Assembly (NCBI GenBank): GCA_964016885.1
Contig: OZ024742.1
Location: 277,574,001 to 277,638,000, forward strand
Direction of reading: 5' to 3'
Length of the DNA: 64,000 nt
DNA from: Eledone cirrhosa
Lineage: Eukaryota
The translations under genes were made by a program, and so were the position numbers. Every line of letters starts with the position of its first letter. Within the stretch, counting starts at the first letter, position 1. Positions 1-12,392 of the stretch are shown in pieces. The notes beneath the pieces were generated by a model that saw only the letters and a program-made list of their open reading frames with translations, was not told the DNA's origin and ran no database searches.

Positions 1-2
1 GG

Positions 3-74
3 ATCAGTGACCAGGATTCGAACCTGGGTTACCATGGGCACAACGTGGAGTCCTAACCACTAGACGATCACGGC
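3..74 (-). pseudogene. tRNA-His-derived copy type A (unit 1): GTG anticodon, damaged acceptor 3' end, no adjacent terminator
   Basis: Reverse complement is GCCGTGATCGTCTAGTGGTTAGGACTCCACGTTGTGCCCATGGTAACCCAGGTTCGAATCCTGGTCACTGAT. Changes are G37C, G40A and acceptor mismatches; A and B boxes are intact. Confidence 0.85.
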
Positions 75-384
75 AGTCAGCTAATACATATAACGACGGT
101 TCAATATTATAGTGATATATCAAAGTCCTTATCTAATGAGTTTCTTATACTGAGAGTTGTCAAATTCCACAAAGATTCAATCATTGTTTCTACAATAATG
201 AAATACATGATTATTTTAATGATTTTGCATTCATTTTTTTTCAATACTTTTAATATAAGATGTGATAAAACTTATTAAAAGGATCAGCTCCAATTATTGT
301 CATCGGTCAGTGATGATATTTGCTTACTAAATAATATAATCGTTAATATTCTGAATAATTCATATCTTTAGTTTCAAAATTTTG

Positions 385-393
385 AAAAAAAAA
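385..393 (-). terminator. RNA Pol III oligo-T terminator of the type-B tRNA-His (repeated in each unit)
   Basis: An A9 run on + is T9 on the tRNA strand, about 20 nt past the discriminator base. Confidence 0.8.
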
Positions 394-412
394 GGAAGAT
401 AAGCGTATCAGC

Positions 413-484
413 TGCCGTGACCAGGATTCGAACCTGGGTTACCACGGCCACAACGTGGGGTCCTAACCACTAGACGATCACGGC
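413..484 (-). tRNA. tRNA-His-GTG: tRNA-His(GUG), canonical (type B, unit 1)
   Basis: Reverse complement is GCCGTGATCGTCTAGTGGTTAGGACCCCACGTTGTGGCCGTGGTAACCCAGGTTCGAATCCTGGTCACGGCA. Full cloverleaf, A/B boxes, T-run about 20 nt downstream. Confidence 0.97.
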
Positions 485-1091
485 TAACAGCTAATACATA
501 AACGAGTCGCCCAAAATAACAATGATATATAGAAGTTGCTAACTACATTTTTCTCTTACATAGAGAGTTGTCAAATTAACCAAATATATAATCTTTCTAC
601 ATTTTACGTTGTTTCAGTTCACCTTTAGAACATTGTGAAATTCAACAAAGATTCAATCCTTATTTCTAGAACTCTCTTTCTGCTGGCAACTGGAAGATTC
701 AATGATAGGAATGAGGGATTACGACGTATATCTACTTTTCAATTACGAGAGGTTCATATATTTCAAAGTCTACTAAATGGGATATTATTAGCTAACCTTT
801 GTCAAATTTGTAGCAATAATTATACATTTGTTTTTTTCTTTTTTATCTATATTTACAAACATAGAAGCAAAATTAAGTAATGAGAAATGGGGAAAGAGTA
901 AAAAAGGGCAGATCTGGATTATGGGAAAGTAGACGAAAGGACTATAAAAGGCATAAATGAGAGGTAACAAGAACTCTAGGATAACATTAGAAAAGGAGGG
1001 AAAAGTGGAGATGGTGATTTGTTCTGATCCGAGGCGACGGACGGCGGGGTTGAATTACAAAACAATGTGTAAAAAATGCAACCGCATTAGC

Positions 1092-1163
1092 TGCCGTGAC
1101 CAGGATTCGAACATGGGTTACCACGGCCGTAACATGTGGTTCTAACCACTAGACGATCACGGC
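1092..1163 (-). tRNA. tRNA-His-body variant with ACG anticodon (type C, unit 1); possibly a pseudogene
   Basis: Reverse complement ...AGAACCACATG-TT-ACG-GC-CGTGGTAACCCATGTTCGAATCC... The acceptor stem is perfect, with single mismatches in the D, anticodon and T stems. A T6 terminator lies downstream. Confidence 0.75.
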
Positions 1164-1339
1164 AGTTAGCCAATACATACGAAAGACGTTCAAAATAATA
1201 CTGATATATAGAAGTTGCTGGCTATTTTGTTTCTTACTTAGAGAGTTGTCAAATTCAACAAAGATCTTTGTATATTTTACGTTGCTTTAGTTAAACCTTA
1301 GAACATTCAGTGACTGACAACATAGCTACCTTAGCAGCT

Positions 1340-1480
1340 CAACAGAAAGAATGAAGTAAATACAAGACATGAAAACAATAAGTACTGTGGTCAACATGGT
1401 TGACTAAATCTTTTCAAGATGGTACCCTGAATGGCCACAGTTTAATGATTGAAACTAGTAGAAGAATAAAATAAAGAATC
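1340..1480 (+). mobile_element. Degenerate SINE/LINE 3'-tail fragment inside the repeat unit (present in each unit)
   Basis: CTTTTCAAGATGGTACCCTGAATGGCCACAGT...GAAACTAGTAGAAGAATAAAA resembles the tail at 49855-49925. Confidence 0.5.
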
Positions 1481-1617
1481 TCAATGGTTTATATCACTTC
1501 TAAAATTATTGTTCTTTATATATTAACAGGTTTGTTACATAATAATATCAATATGACTTTTGTTGAGTTTCTTTAAAGGACGCGAGATATAAAAGAACAC
1601 ATCTAAGTGTAGAATCA

Positions 1618-2036
1618 TTAAGCCTTTTGATACTAAACCAGTTAAAACTGGTTCTGGTTCTATGAAACAAATGTACACATATTATAGGGTTCCTATTTAA
1701 ATTGAAATCTTCCATTTCATGTTAAGTTATTATCTTAGTAATAAAATAATAATTTTAGTAAATCCCTCAAAATTCTTCATTAATTAATTGAAATAGAGTG
1801 TACGTCATTAGAAATATGATCGCTAAAGTCCTAACCCCTTTAATACCAACCAGCCCTTGATCATCTCTGGTTCTATCAATCAAAATCACTAATTTTAAAG
1901 AATTCTTATTTAAATTAAAATTTTAGAAAATAATATTCGATAAGAAACATAATAAATAACTTTAGTAAATCGTTTAAAATTCTTCATTAATTAGTTGAAA
2001 TAAAATGTATTGGAAACACATCACAAACATGCTAAC
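1618..2036. mobile_element. Two tandem ~210-bp degenerate MITE-like copies with TTAACCCTTT-type ends (present in each unit)
   Basis: Internal ~208-bp duplication (TTAGTAAATC...TTCTTCATTAATTA.TTGAAATA). The homologous inverted copy at ~28650 shows the junction AAAAGAGTTAACCCTTTT. Confidence 0.45.
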
Positions 2037-2249
2037 AGTTATGGAATTACTGTCCTTCTCGTTGAGTCTAACATCATCACCATCATCATCACCATTACCA
2101 CCATCACCAGTAGCATTTTAAGGTTGCTTCTATGCTTACTAGGTTTGGATGGATCGTCATGGTGTGATTCAATTCTTTTTCTTCAACTTCTGCGTCCACT
2201 TATTTATGGGAATGTTGTGGGGGCAGAGTACTCAAACTCAGTGTTGGGG

Positions 2250-2321
2250 ATCAGTGACCAGGATTCGAACCTGGGTTACCATGGGCACAACGTGGAGTCC
2301 TAACCACTAGACGATCACGGC
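2250..2321 (-). pseudogene. tRNA-His type A (unit 2)
   Basis: Same sequence as 3-74. Confidence 0.85.
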
Positions 2322-2659
2322 AGTCAGCTAATACATATAACGACGGTTCAATATTATAGTGATATATCAAAGTCCTTATCTAATGAGTTTCTTATACTGA
2401 GAGTTGTCAAATTCCACAAAGATTCAATCATTGTTTCTACAATAATGAAATACATGATTATTTTAATGATTATGGATTCATTTTTTTTCAATACTTTTAA
2501 TATAAGATGTGATAAAACTTATTAAAAGGATCAGCTCCAATTATTGTCATCGGTCAGTGATGATATTTGCTTACTAAATAATATAATCGTTAATATTCTG
2601 AATAATTCATATTTTTAGTTTCAAAATTTTGAAAAAAAAAGGAAGATAAGCGTATCAGC

Positions 2660-2731
2660 TGCCGTGACCAGGATTCGAACCTGGGTTACCACGGCCACAA
2701 CGTGGGGTCCTAACCACTAGACGATCACGGC
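2660..2731 (-). tRNA. tRNA-His-GTG: tRNA-His(GUG), canonical (unit 2)
   Basis: Identical to 413-484. Confidence 0.97.
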
Positions 2732-3338
2732 TAACAGCTAATACGTAAAGAAGTCGCCCAAAATAGCAATGATATATAGAAGTTGCTAACTAATTTTTTT
2801 TCTTACACGGAGAGTTTTCAAATTAACCAGAGATATAATCTTTCTACATTTTATGTTGTTTCAGTTCACCTTTAGAACATTGTCAAATTCAACAAAGATT
2901 CAATCCTTATTTCTAGAACTCTCTTTCTGCTGGCAACTGGAAGATTCAATGATAGGAATGAGGGATTACGACGTATATCTACTTTTCAATTACGAGATGT
3001 TCATATATTTCAAAGTCTACTAAATGGGATATTATTAGCTACCCTTTGTCAAATTTGTAGCAATAATTATAGATTTGTTTTTTTCTTTTTTATCTATATT
3101 TACAAACATAGAAGCAAAATTAAGTAATGAGAAATGGGGAAAGAGTAAAAAAGGGCAGATCTGGATTATGGGAAAGTAGACGAAAGGACTATAAAAGGCA
3201 TAAATGAGAGGTAACAAGAACTCTAGGATCACATTAGAAAAGGAGGGAAAAGTGGAGATGGTGATTTGTTCTGATCCGAGGCGACGGACGGCGGGGTTGA
3301 ATTACAAAACGATGTGTAAAAAATGCAACAGCATTAGC

Positions 3339-3410
3339 TGCCGTGACCAGGATTCGAACATGGGTTACCACGGCCGTAACATGTGGTTCTAACCACTAGA
3401 CGATCACGGC
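3339..3410 (-). tRNA. Type C tRNA-His-body variant, ACG anticodon (unit 2)
   Basis: Identical to 1092-1163. Confidence 0.75.
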
Positions 3411-4496
3411 AGTTAGCCAATACATACGAAAACCGTTCAAAATAATACTGATATATAGAAGTTGCTGGCTATTTTGTTTCTTACTTAGAGAGTTGTCAAA
3501 TTCAACAAAGATCTTTGTATATTTTACGTTGCTTTAGTTAAACTTTAGAACATTCAGTGACTGACAACATAGCTACCTTAGCAGCTCAACAGAAAGAATG
3601 AAGTAAATACAAGACATGAAAACAATAAGTACTGTGGTCAACATGGTTGACTAAATCTTTTCAAGATGGTACCCTGAATGGCCACAGTTTAATGATTGAA
3701 ACTAGTAGAAGAATAAAATAAAGAATCTCAATGGATTATATCACTTCTAAAATTATTGTTCTTTATATATTAACAGGTTTGTTACATAATAATATCAATA
3801 TGACTTTTGTTGAGTTTCTTTAAAGGACGCGAGATATAAAAGAACACATCTAAGTGTAGAATCATTAAGCCTTTTGATACTAAACCAGTTAAAACTGGTT
3901 CTGGTTCTATGAAACAAATGTACACATATTATAGGGTTCCTATTTAAATTGAAATCTTCCATTTCATGTTAAGTTATTATCTTAGTAATAAAATAATAAT
4001 TTTAGTAAATCCCTCAAAATTCTTCATTAATTAATTGAAATAGAGTGTACGTCATTAGAAATATGATCGCTAAAGTCCTAACCCCTTTAATACCAACCAG
4101 CCCTTGATCATCTCTGGTTCTATCAATCAAAATCACTAATTTTAAAGAATTCTTATTTAAATTAAAATTTTAGAAAATAATATTCGATAAGAAACATAAT
4201 AAATAACTTTAGTAAATCGTTTAAAATTCTTCATTAATTAGTTGAAATAAAATGTATTGGAAACACATCACAAACATGCTAACAGTTATGGAATTACTGT
4301 CCTTCTCGTTGAGTCTAACATCATCACCATCATCATCACCATTACCACCATCACCAGTAGCATTTTAAGGTTGCTTCTATGCTTACTAGGTTTGGATGGA
4401 TCGTCATGGTGTGATTCAATTCTTTTTCTTCAACTTCTGCGTCCACTTATTTATGGGAATGTTGTGGGGGCAGAGTACTCAAACTCAGTGTTGGGG

Positions 4497-4568
4497 ATCA
4501 GTGACCAGGATTCGAACCTGGGTTACCATGGGCACAACGTGGAGTCCTAACCACTAGACGATCACGGC
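4497..4568 (-). pseudogene. tRNA-His type A (unit 3)
   Basis: Same sequence as 3-74. Confidence 0.85.
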
Positions 4569-4906
4569 AGTCAGCTAATACATATAACGACGGTTCAATA
4601 TTATAGTGATATATCAAAGTCCTTATCTAATGAGTTTCTTATACTGAGAGTTGTCAAATTCCACAAAGATTCAATCATTGTTTCTACAATAATGAAATAC
4701 ATGATTATTTTAATGATTTTGCATTCATTTTTTTTCAATACTTTTAATATAAGATGTGATAAAACTTATTAAAAGGATCAGCTCCCATTATTGTCATCGG
4801 TCAGTGATGATATTTGCTTACTAAATAATATAATCGTTAATATTCTGAATAATTCATATTTTTAGTTTCAAAATTTTGAAAAACAAAGGAAGATAAGCGT
4901 ATCAGT

Positions 4907-4978
4907 TGCTGTGACCAGGATTCGAACCTGGGTTACCACGGCCACAACGTGGGGTCCTAACCACTAGACGATCACGGT
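4907..4978 (-). tRNA. tRNA-His-GTG: tRNA-His(GUG) type B with G1A and G70A acceptor-stem mismatches (unit 3)
   Basis: Plus strand begins TGCTGTGACC and ends ATCACGGT; otherwise canonical. Confidence 0.75.
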
Positions 4979-5585
4979 TAACAGCTAATACATAAAAGAG
5001 TCGCCCAAAATAACAATGATATATAGAAGTTGCTAACTACATTTTTCTCTTACATAGAGAGTTGTCAAATTAACCAAATATATAATCTTTCTACATTTTA
5101 CGTTGTTTCAGTTCACCTTTAGAACATTGTCAAATTCAACAAAGATTCAATCCTTATTTCTAGAACTCTCTTTCTGCTGGCAACTGGAAGATTCAATGAT
5201 AGGAATGAGGGATTACGACGTATATCTACTTTTCAATTACGAGAGGTTCATATATTTCAAAGTCTACTAAATGGGATATTATTAGCTAACCTTTGTCAAA
5301 TTTGTAGCAATAATTATACATTTGTTTTTTTCTTTTTTATCTATATTTACAAACATAGAAGCAAAATTAAGTAATGAGAAATGGGGAAAGAGTAAAAAAG
5401 GGCAGATCTGGATTATGGGAAAGTAGACGAAAGGACTATAAAAGGCATAAATGAGAGGTAACAAGAACTCTAGGATCACATTAGAAAAGGAGGGAAAAGT
5501 GGAGATGGTGATTTGTTCTGATCCGAGGCGACGGACGGCGGGGTTGAATTACAAAACAATGTGTAAAAAATGCAACAGCATTAGC

Positions 5586-5657
5586 TGCCGTGACCAGGAT
5601 TCGAACATGGGTTACCACGGCCGTAACATGTGGTTCTAATCACTAGACGATCACGGC
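5586..5657 (-). tRNA. Type C variant, ACG anticodon, extra D-loop G19A change (unit 3)
   Basis: As 1092-1163 but TCTAATCACTAG on +. Confidence 0.65.
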
Positions 5658-6743
5658 AGTCAGCCAATACATACGAAAATCGTTCAAAATAATACTGATA
5701 TATAGAAGTTGCTGGCTATTTTGTTTCTTACTTAGAGAGTTGTCAAATTCAACAAAGATCTTTGTATATTTTACGTTGCTTTAGTTAAACTTTAGAACAT
5801 TCAGTGACTGACAACATAGCTACCTTAGCAGCTCAACAGAAAGAATGAAGTAAATACAAGACATGAAAACAATAAGTACTGTGGTCAACATGGTTGACTA
5901 AATCTTTTCAAGATGGTACCCTGAATGGCCATTGTTTAATGATTGAAACTAGTAGAAGAATAAAATAAAGAATCTCAATGGTTTATATCACTTCTAAAAT
6001 TATTGTTCTTTATATATTAACAGGTTTGTTACATAATAATATCAATATGACTTTTGTTGAGTTTCTTTAAAGGACGCGAGATATAAAAGAACACATCTAA
6101 GTGTAGAATCATTAAGCCTTTTGATACTAAACCAGTTAAATCTGGTTCTGGTTCTATGAAACAAATGTACACATATTATAGGGTTTCTATTTAAATTGAA
6201 ATCTTCCATTTCATGTTAAGTTATTATCTTAGTAATAAAATAATAATTTTAGTAAATCCCTCAAAATTCTTCATTAATTAATTGAAATAGAGTGTACGTC
6301 ATTAGAAATATGATCGCTAAAGTCCTAACCCCTTTAATACCAACCAGCCCTTGATCATCTCTGGTTCTATCAATCAAAATCACTAATTTTAAAGAATTCT
6401 TATTTAAATTAAAATTTTAGAAAATAATATTCGATAAGAAACATAATAAATAACTTTAGTAAATCGTTTAAAATTCTTCATTAATTAGTTGAAATAAAAT
6501 GTATTGGAAACACATCACAAACATGCTAACAGTTATGGAATTACTGTCCTTCTCGTTGAGTCTAACATCATCACCATCATCATCACCATTACCACCATCA
6601 CCAGTAGCATTTTAAGGTTGCTTCTATGCTTACTAGGTTTGGATGGATCGTCATGGTGTGATTCAATTCTTTTTCTTCAACTTCTGCGTCCACTTATTTA
6701 TGGGAATGTTGTGGGGGCAGAGTACTCAAACTCAGTGTTGGGG

Positions 6744-6815
6744 ATTAGTGACCAGGATTCGAACCTGGGTTACCATGGGCACAACGTGGAGTCCTAACCA
6801 CTAGACGATCACGGC
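6744..6815 (-). pseudogene. tRNA-His type A (unit 4)
   Basis: As 3-74 with one further 3' change. Confidence 0.85.
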
Positions 6816-7153
6816 AGTCAGCTAATACATATAACGACGGTTCAATATTATAGTGATATATCAAAGTCCTTATCTAATGAGTTTCTTATACTGAGAGTTG
6901 TCAAATTCCACAAAGATTCAATCATTGTTTCTACAATAATGAAATACATGATTATTTTAATGATTATGGATTCATTTTTTTTCAATACTTTTAATATAAG
7001 ATGTGATAAAACTTATTAAAAGGATCAGCTCCAATTATTGTCATCGGTCAGTGATGATATTTGCTTACTAAATAATATAATCGTTAATATTCTGAATAAT
7101 TCATATTTTTAGTTTCAAAATTTTGAAAAAAAAAGGAAGATAAGCGTATCAGC

Positions 7154-7225
7154 TGCCGTGACCAGGATTCGAACCTGGGTTACCACGGCCACAACGTGGG
7201 GTCCTAACCACTAGACGATCACGGC
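7154..7225 (-). tRNA. tRNA-His-GTG: tRNA-His(GUG), canonical (unit 4)
   Basis: Identical to 413-484. Confidence 0.97.
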
Positions 7226-7832
7226 TAACAGCTAATACGTAAAGAAGTCGCCCAAAATAGCAATGATATATAGAAGTTGCTAACTAATTTTTTTTCTTAC
7301 ACGGAGAGTTTTCAAATTAACCAGAGATATAATCTTTCTACATTTTATGTTGTTTCAGTTCACCTTTAGAACATTGTCAAATTCAACAAAGATTCAATCC
7401 TTATTTCTAGAACTCTCTTTCTGCTGGCAACTGGAAGATTCAATGATAGGAATGAGGGATTACGACGTATATCTACTTTTCAATTACGAGAGGTTCATAT
7501 ATTTCAAAGTCTACTAAATGGGATATTATTAGCTAACCTTTGTCAAATTTGTAGCAATAATTATACATTTGTTTTTTTCTTCTTTATCTATATTTACAAA
7601 CATAGAAGCAAAATTAAGTAATGAGAAATGGTGAAAGAGTAAAAAAGGGCAGATGTGGATTATGGGAAAGTAGACGAAAGGACTATAAAAGGCATAAATG
7701 AGAGGTAACAAGAACTCTAGGATCACAGTAGAAAAGGAGGGAAAAGTGGAGATGGTGATTTGTTCTGATCCGAGGCGACGGACGGCGGGGTTGAATTACA
7801 AAACAATGTGTAAAAAATGCAACCACATTAGC

Positions 7833-7904
7833 TGCAGGGTCCAGGATTCGAACATGGGTTACCACGGCCATAACATGTGGATCTAACCACTAGACGATCA
7901 CGGC
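7833..7904 (-). pseudogene. Type C variant with ATG anticodon and damaged acceptor stem (unit 4)
   Basis: Plus CCACGGCCATAACATGTGG gives loop TT-ATG-GC. The start TGCAGGGTCC breaks acceptor pairing. Confidence 0.75.
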
Positions 7905-8989
7905 AGTTAGCCAATACATACGAAAAACGTTCAAAATAATACTGATATATAGAAGTTGCTGGCTATTTTGTTTCTTACTTAGAGAGTTGTCAAATTCAAC
8001 AAAGATCTTTGTATATTTTACGTTGCTTTAGTTAACCTTTAGAACATTCAGTGACTGTCACATAGCTACCTTAGCAGCTCAACAAAAAGAATGAAGTAAA
8101 TACAAGACATGAAAACAAGAAGTACTGTGGTCAACATGGTTGACTAAATCTTTTCAATGTGGTGCCCTGAATGGCCACAGTTTAATGATTGAAACTAGTA
8201 GAAGAATAAAATAAAGAATCTCAATGGTTTATATCACTTCTAAAATTATTGTTCTTTATATATTAACAGGTTTGTTACATAATAATATCAATATGACTTT
8301 TGTTGAGTTTCTTTAAAGGACGCGAGATATAAAAGAACACATCTAAGTGTAGAATCATTAAGCCTTTTGATACTAAACCAGTTAAAACTGGTTCTGGTTC
8401 TATGAAACAAATGTACACATATTATAGGGTTCCTATTTAAATTGAAATCTTCCATTTCTTGTTAAGTTATTATCTTAGTAATAAAATAATAATTTTAGTA
8501 AATCCCTCAAAATTCTTCATTAATTAATTGAAATAGAGTGTACGTCATTAGAAATATGATCGCTAAAGTCCTAACCCCTTTAATACCAACCAGCCCTTGA
8601 TCATCTCTGGTTCTATCAATCAAAATCACTAATTTTAAAGAATTCTTATTTAAATTAAAATTTTAGAAAATAATATTCGATAAGAAACATAATAAATAAC
8701 TTTAGTAAATCGTTTAAAATTCTTCATTAATTAGTTGAAATAAAATGTATTGGAAACACATCACAAACATGCTAACAGTTATGGAATTACTGTCCTTCTC
8801 GTTGAGTCTAACATCATCACCATCATCATCACCATTACCACCATCACCAGTAGCATTTTAAGGTTGCTTCTATGCTTACTAGGTTTGGATGGATCGTCAT
8901 GGTGTGATTCAATTCTTTTTCTTCAACTTCTGCGTCCACTTATTTATGGGAATGTTGTGGGGGCAGAGTACTCAAACTCAGTGTTGGGG

Positions 8990-9061
8990 ATCAGTGACCA
9001 GGATTCGAACCTGGGTTACCATGGGCACAACGTGGAGTCCTAACCACTAGACGATCACGGC
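8990..9061 (-). pseudogene. tRNA-His type A (unit 5)
   Basis: Same sequence as 3-74. Confidence 0.85.
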
Positions 9062-9399
9062 AGTCAGCTAATACATATAACGACGGTTCAATATTATAGT
9101 GATATATCAAAGTCCTTATCTAATGAGTTTCTTATACTGAGAGTTGTCAAATTCCACAAAGATTCAATCATTGTTTCTACAATAATGAAATACATGATTA
9201 TTTTAATGATTAGGCATTCATTTTTTTTCAATACTTTTAATATAAGATGTGATAAAACTTATTAAAAGGATCAGCTCCAATTATTGTCATCGGTCAGTGA
9301 TGATATTTGCTTACTAAATAATATAATCGTTAATATTCTGAATAATTCATATTTTTAGTTTCAAAATTTTGAAAAACAAAGGAAGATAAGCGTATCAGC

Positions 9400-9471
9400 T
9401 GCCGTGACCAGGATTCGAACCTGGGTTACCACGGCCACAACGTGGGGTCCTAACCACTAGACGATCACGGC
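9400..9471 (-). tRNA. tRNA-His-GTG: tRNA-His(GUG), canonical (unit 5)
   Basis: Identical to 413-484. Confidence 0.97.
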
Positions 9472-10073
9472 TAACAGCTAATACGTAAAGAAGTCGCCCA
9501 AAATAGCAATGATATATAGAAGTTGCTAACTAATTTTTTTTCTTACACGGAGAGTTTTCAAATTAACCAGAGATATAATCTTTCTACATTTTATGTTGTT
9601 TCAGTTCACCTTTAGAACATTGTCAAATTCAAACAAGATTCAATCCTTGTTTCTAGAACTCTCTTTCTGCTGGCAACTGGAAGATTCAACGATAGGAATG
9701 AGGGATTACGACGTATATCTACGTTTCAATTACGAGAGGTTCATATATTTCAGTACTACTAAATGGGATATTATTAGCTAACCTTTGTCAAATTTGTAGC
9801 AATAATTATACATTTGTTTTTTTCTTTTTTATCTATATTTACAAACATATAAGCAAAATTAAGTAATGAGAAATGGGGAAAGAGTAAAGAAGGGCAGATC
9901 TGGATTATGGGAAAGCAGAAGAAAGGACTATAAAAGGCATAAATGATAGGAAACAAGAACTCTAGGATCACAGTAGAAAAGGAGGGAAAAGTGGAGACGG
10001 TGACTTGTCCTGATCCGAGGCGACGGCGGGGTTGAATTACAAAACAATGTGTAAAAAATGCAACCGGATTAGC

Positions 10074-10145
10074 TGTCGTGACCAGGCTTCGAACCTGGGT
10101 TACCACGGCCGTAACATGTGGATCTAACCACTAGACGATCACGGC
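10074..10145 (-). tRNA. Type C variant, ACG anticodon, intact T stem but other substitutions (unit 5)
   Basis: Plus TGTCGTGACCAGGCTTCGAACCTGGGTTACCACGGCCGTAACATGTGGATCT... Confidence 0.65.
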
Positions 10146-11230
10146 AGTCAGCCAATACATACGAAAATCGTTCAAAATAATACTGATATATAGAAGTTGC
10201 TGGCTATTTTGTTTCTTACTTAGAGAGTTGTCAAATTCAACAAAGATCTTTGTATATTTTACGTTGCTTTAGTTAAACTTTAGAACATTCAGTGACTGTC
10301 ACATAGCTACCTTAGCAGCTCAACAAAAAGAATGAAGTAAATACAAGACATGAAAACAAGAAGTACTGTGGTCAACATGGTTGACTAAATCTTTTCAAGA
10401 TGGTGCCCTGAATGGCCACAGTTTAATGATTGAAACTAGTAGAAGAATAAAATAAAGAATCTCAATGGTTTATATCACTTCTAAAATTATTGTTCTTTAT
10501 ATATTAACAGGTTTATTACATAATAATATCAATATGACTTTTGTTGAGTTTCTTTAAAGGACGCGAGATATAAAAGAACACATCTAAGTGTAGAATCATT
10601 AAGCCTTTTGATACTAAACCAGTTAAAACTGGTTCTGGTTCTATGAATCAAATGTACACATATTATAGGGTTTCTATTTAAATTGAAATCTTCCATTTCA
10701 TGTTAAATTATTATCTTAGTAATAAAATAATAATTTTAGTAAATCCCTCAAAATTCTTCATTAATTAATTGAAATAGAGTGTACGTCATTAGAAATATGA
10801 TCGCTAAAGTCCTAACCCCTTTAATACCAACCAGCCCTTGATCATCTCTGGTTCTATCAATCAAAATCACTAATTTTAAAGAATTCTTATTTAAATTAAA
10901 ATTTTACAAAATAATATTCTATAAGAAACATAATAAATAACTTTAGTAAATCGTTTAAAATTCTTCATTAATTAGTTGAAATAAAATGTATTGGAAACAC
11001 ATCACAAACATGCTAACAGTTATGGAATTACTGTCCTTCTCGTTGAGTCTAACATCATCACCATCATCATCACCATTACCACCATCACCAGTAGCATTTT
11101 AAGGTTGATTCTATGCTTAGTAGGTTTGGATGGATCGTCATGGTGTGATTCAATTCTTTATCTTCTTCTTCTGCGTCCACTTATTTATGGGAATGTTGTG
11201 GGGGCAGAGTACTCAAACTCAGTGTTGGGG

Positions 11231-11302
11231 ATCAGTGACCAGGATTCGAACCTGGGTTACCATGGGCACAACGTGGAGTCCTAACCACTAGACGATCACG
11301 GC
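11231..11302 (-). pseudogene. tRNA-His type A (unit 6)
   Basis: Same sequence as 3-74. Confidence 0.85.
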
Positions 11303-11641
11303 AGTCAGCTAATACATATAACGACGGTTCAATATTATAGTGATATATCAAAGTCCTTATCTAATGAGTTTCTTATACTGAGAGTTGTCAAATTCCACAA
11401 AGATTCAATCATTGTTTCTACAATAATGAAATACATGATTATTTTAATGATTTTGCATTCATTTTTTTTCAATACTTTTAATATAAGATGTGATAAAACT
11501 TATTAAAAGGATCAGCTCCAATTATTGTCATCGGTCAGTGATGATATTTGCTTACTAAATAATATAATCGTTAATATTCTGAATAATTCATATCTTTAGT
11601 TTCAAAATTTTGAAAAAAAAAAGGAAGATAAGCGTATCAGC

Positions 11642-11713
11642 TGCCGTGACCAGGATTCGAACCTGGGTTACCACGGCCACAACGTGGGGTCCTAACCACT
11701 AGACGATCACGGC
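11642..11713 (-). tRNA. tRNA-His-GTG: tRNA-His(GUG), canonical (unit 6)
   Basis: Identical to 413-484. Confidence 0.97.
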
Positions 11714-12320
11714 TAACAGCTAATACATAAAAGAGTCGCCCAAAATAACAATGATATATAGAAGTTGCTAACTACATTTTTCTCTTACATAGAGAGTTGT
11801 CAAATTAACCAAATATATAATCTTTCTATATTTTACGTTGTTTCAGTTCACCTTTAGAACATTGTGAAATTCAACAAAGATTCAATCCTTATTTCTAGAA
11901 CTCTCTTTCTGCTGGCAACTGGAAGATTCAATGATAGGAATGAGGGATTACGACGTATATCTACTTTTCAATTACGAGAGGTTCATATATTTCAAAGTCT
12001 ACTAAATGGGATATTATTAGCTAACCTTTGTCAAATTTGTAGCAATAATTATACATTTGTTTTTTTCTTTTTTATCTATATTTACAAACATAGAAGCAAA
12101 ATTAAGTAATGAGAAATGGGGAAAGAGTAAAAAAGGGCAGATCTGGATTATGGGAAAGTAGACGAAAGGACTATAAAAGGCATAAATGAGAGGTAACAAG
12201 AACTCTAGGATCACATTAGAAAAGGAGGGAAAAGTGGAGATGGTGATTTGTTCTGATCCGAGGCGACGGACGGCGGGGTTGAATTACAAAACAATGTGTA
12301 AAAAATGCAACAGCATTAGC

Positions 12321-12392
12321 TGCCGTGACCAGGATTCGACCATGGGTTACCACGGCCGTAACATGTGGTTCTAACCACTAGACGATCACGGC
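12321..12392 (-). tRNA. Type C variant, ACG anticodon, additional T54G B-box change (unit 6)
   Basis: Plus GGATTCGACCATGGG...GGCCGTAACATG. Confidence 0.6.
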
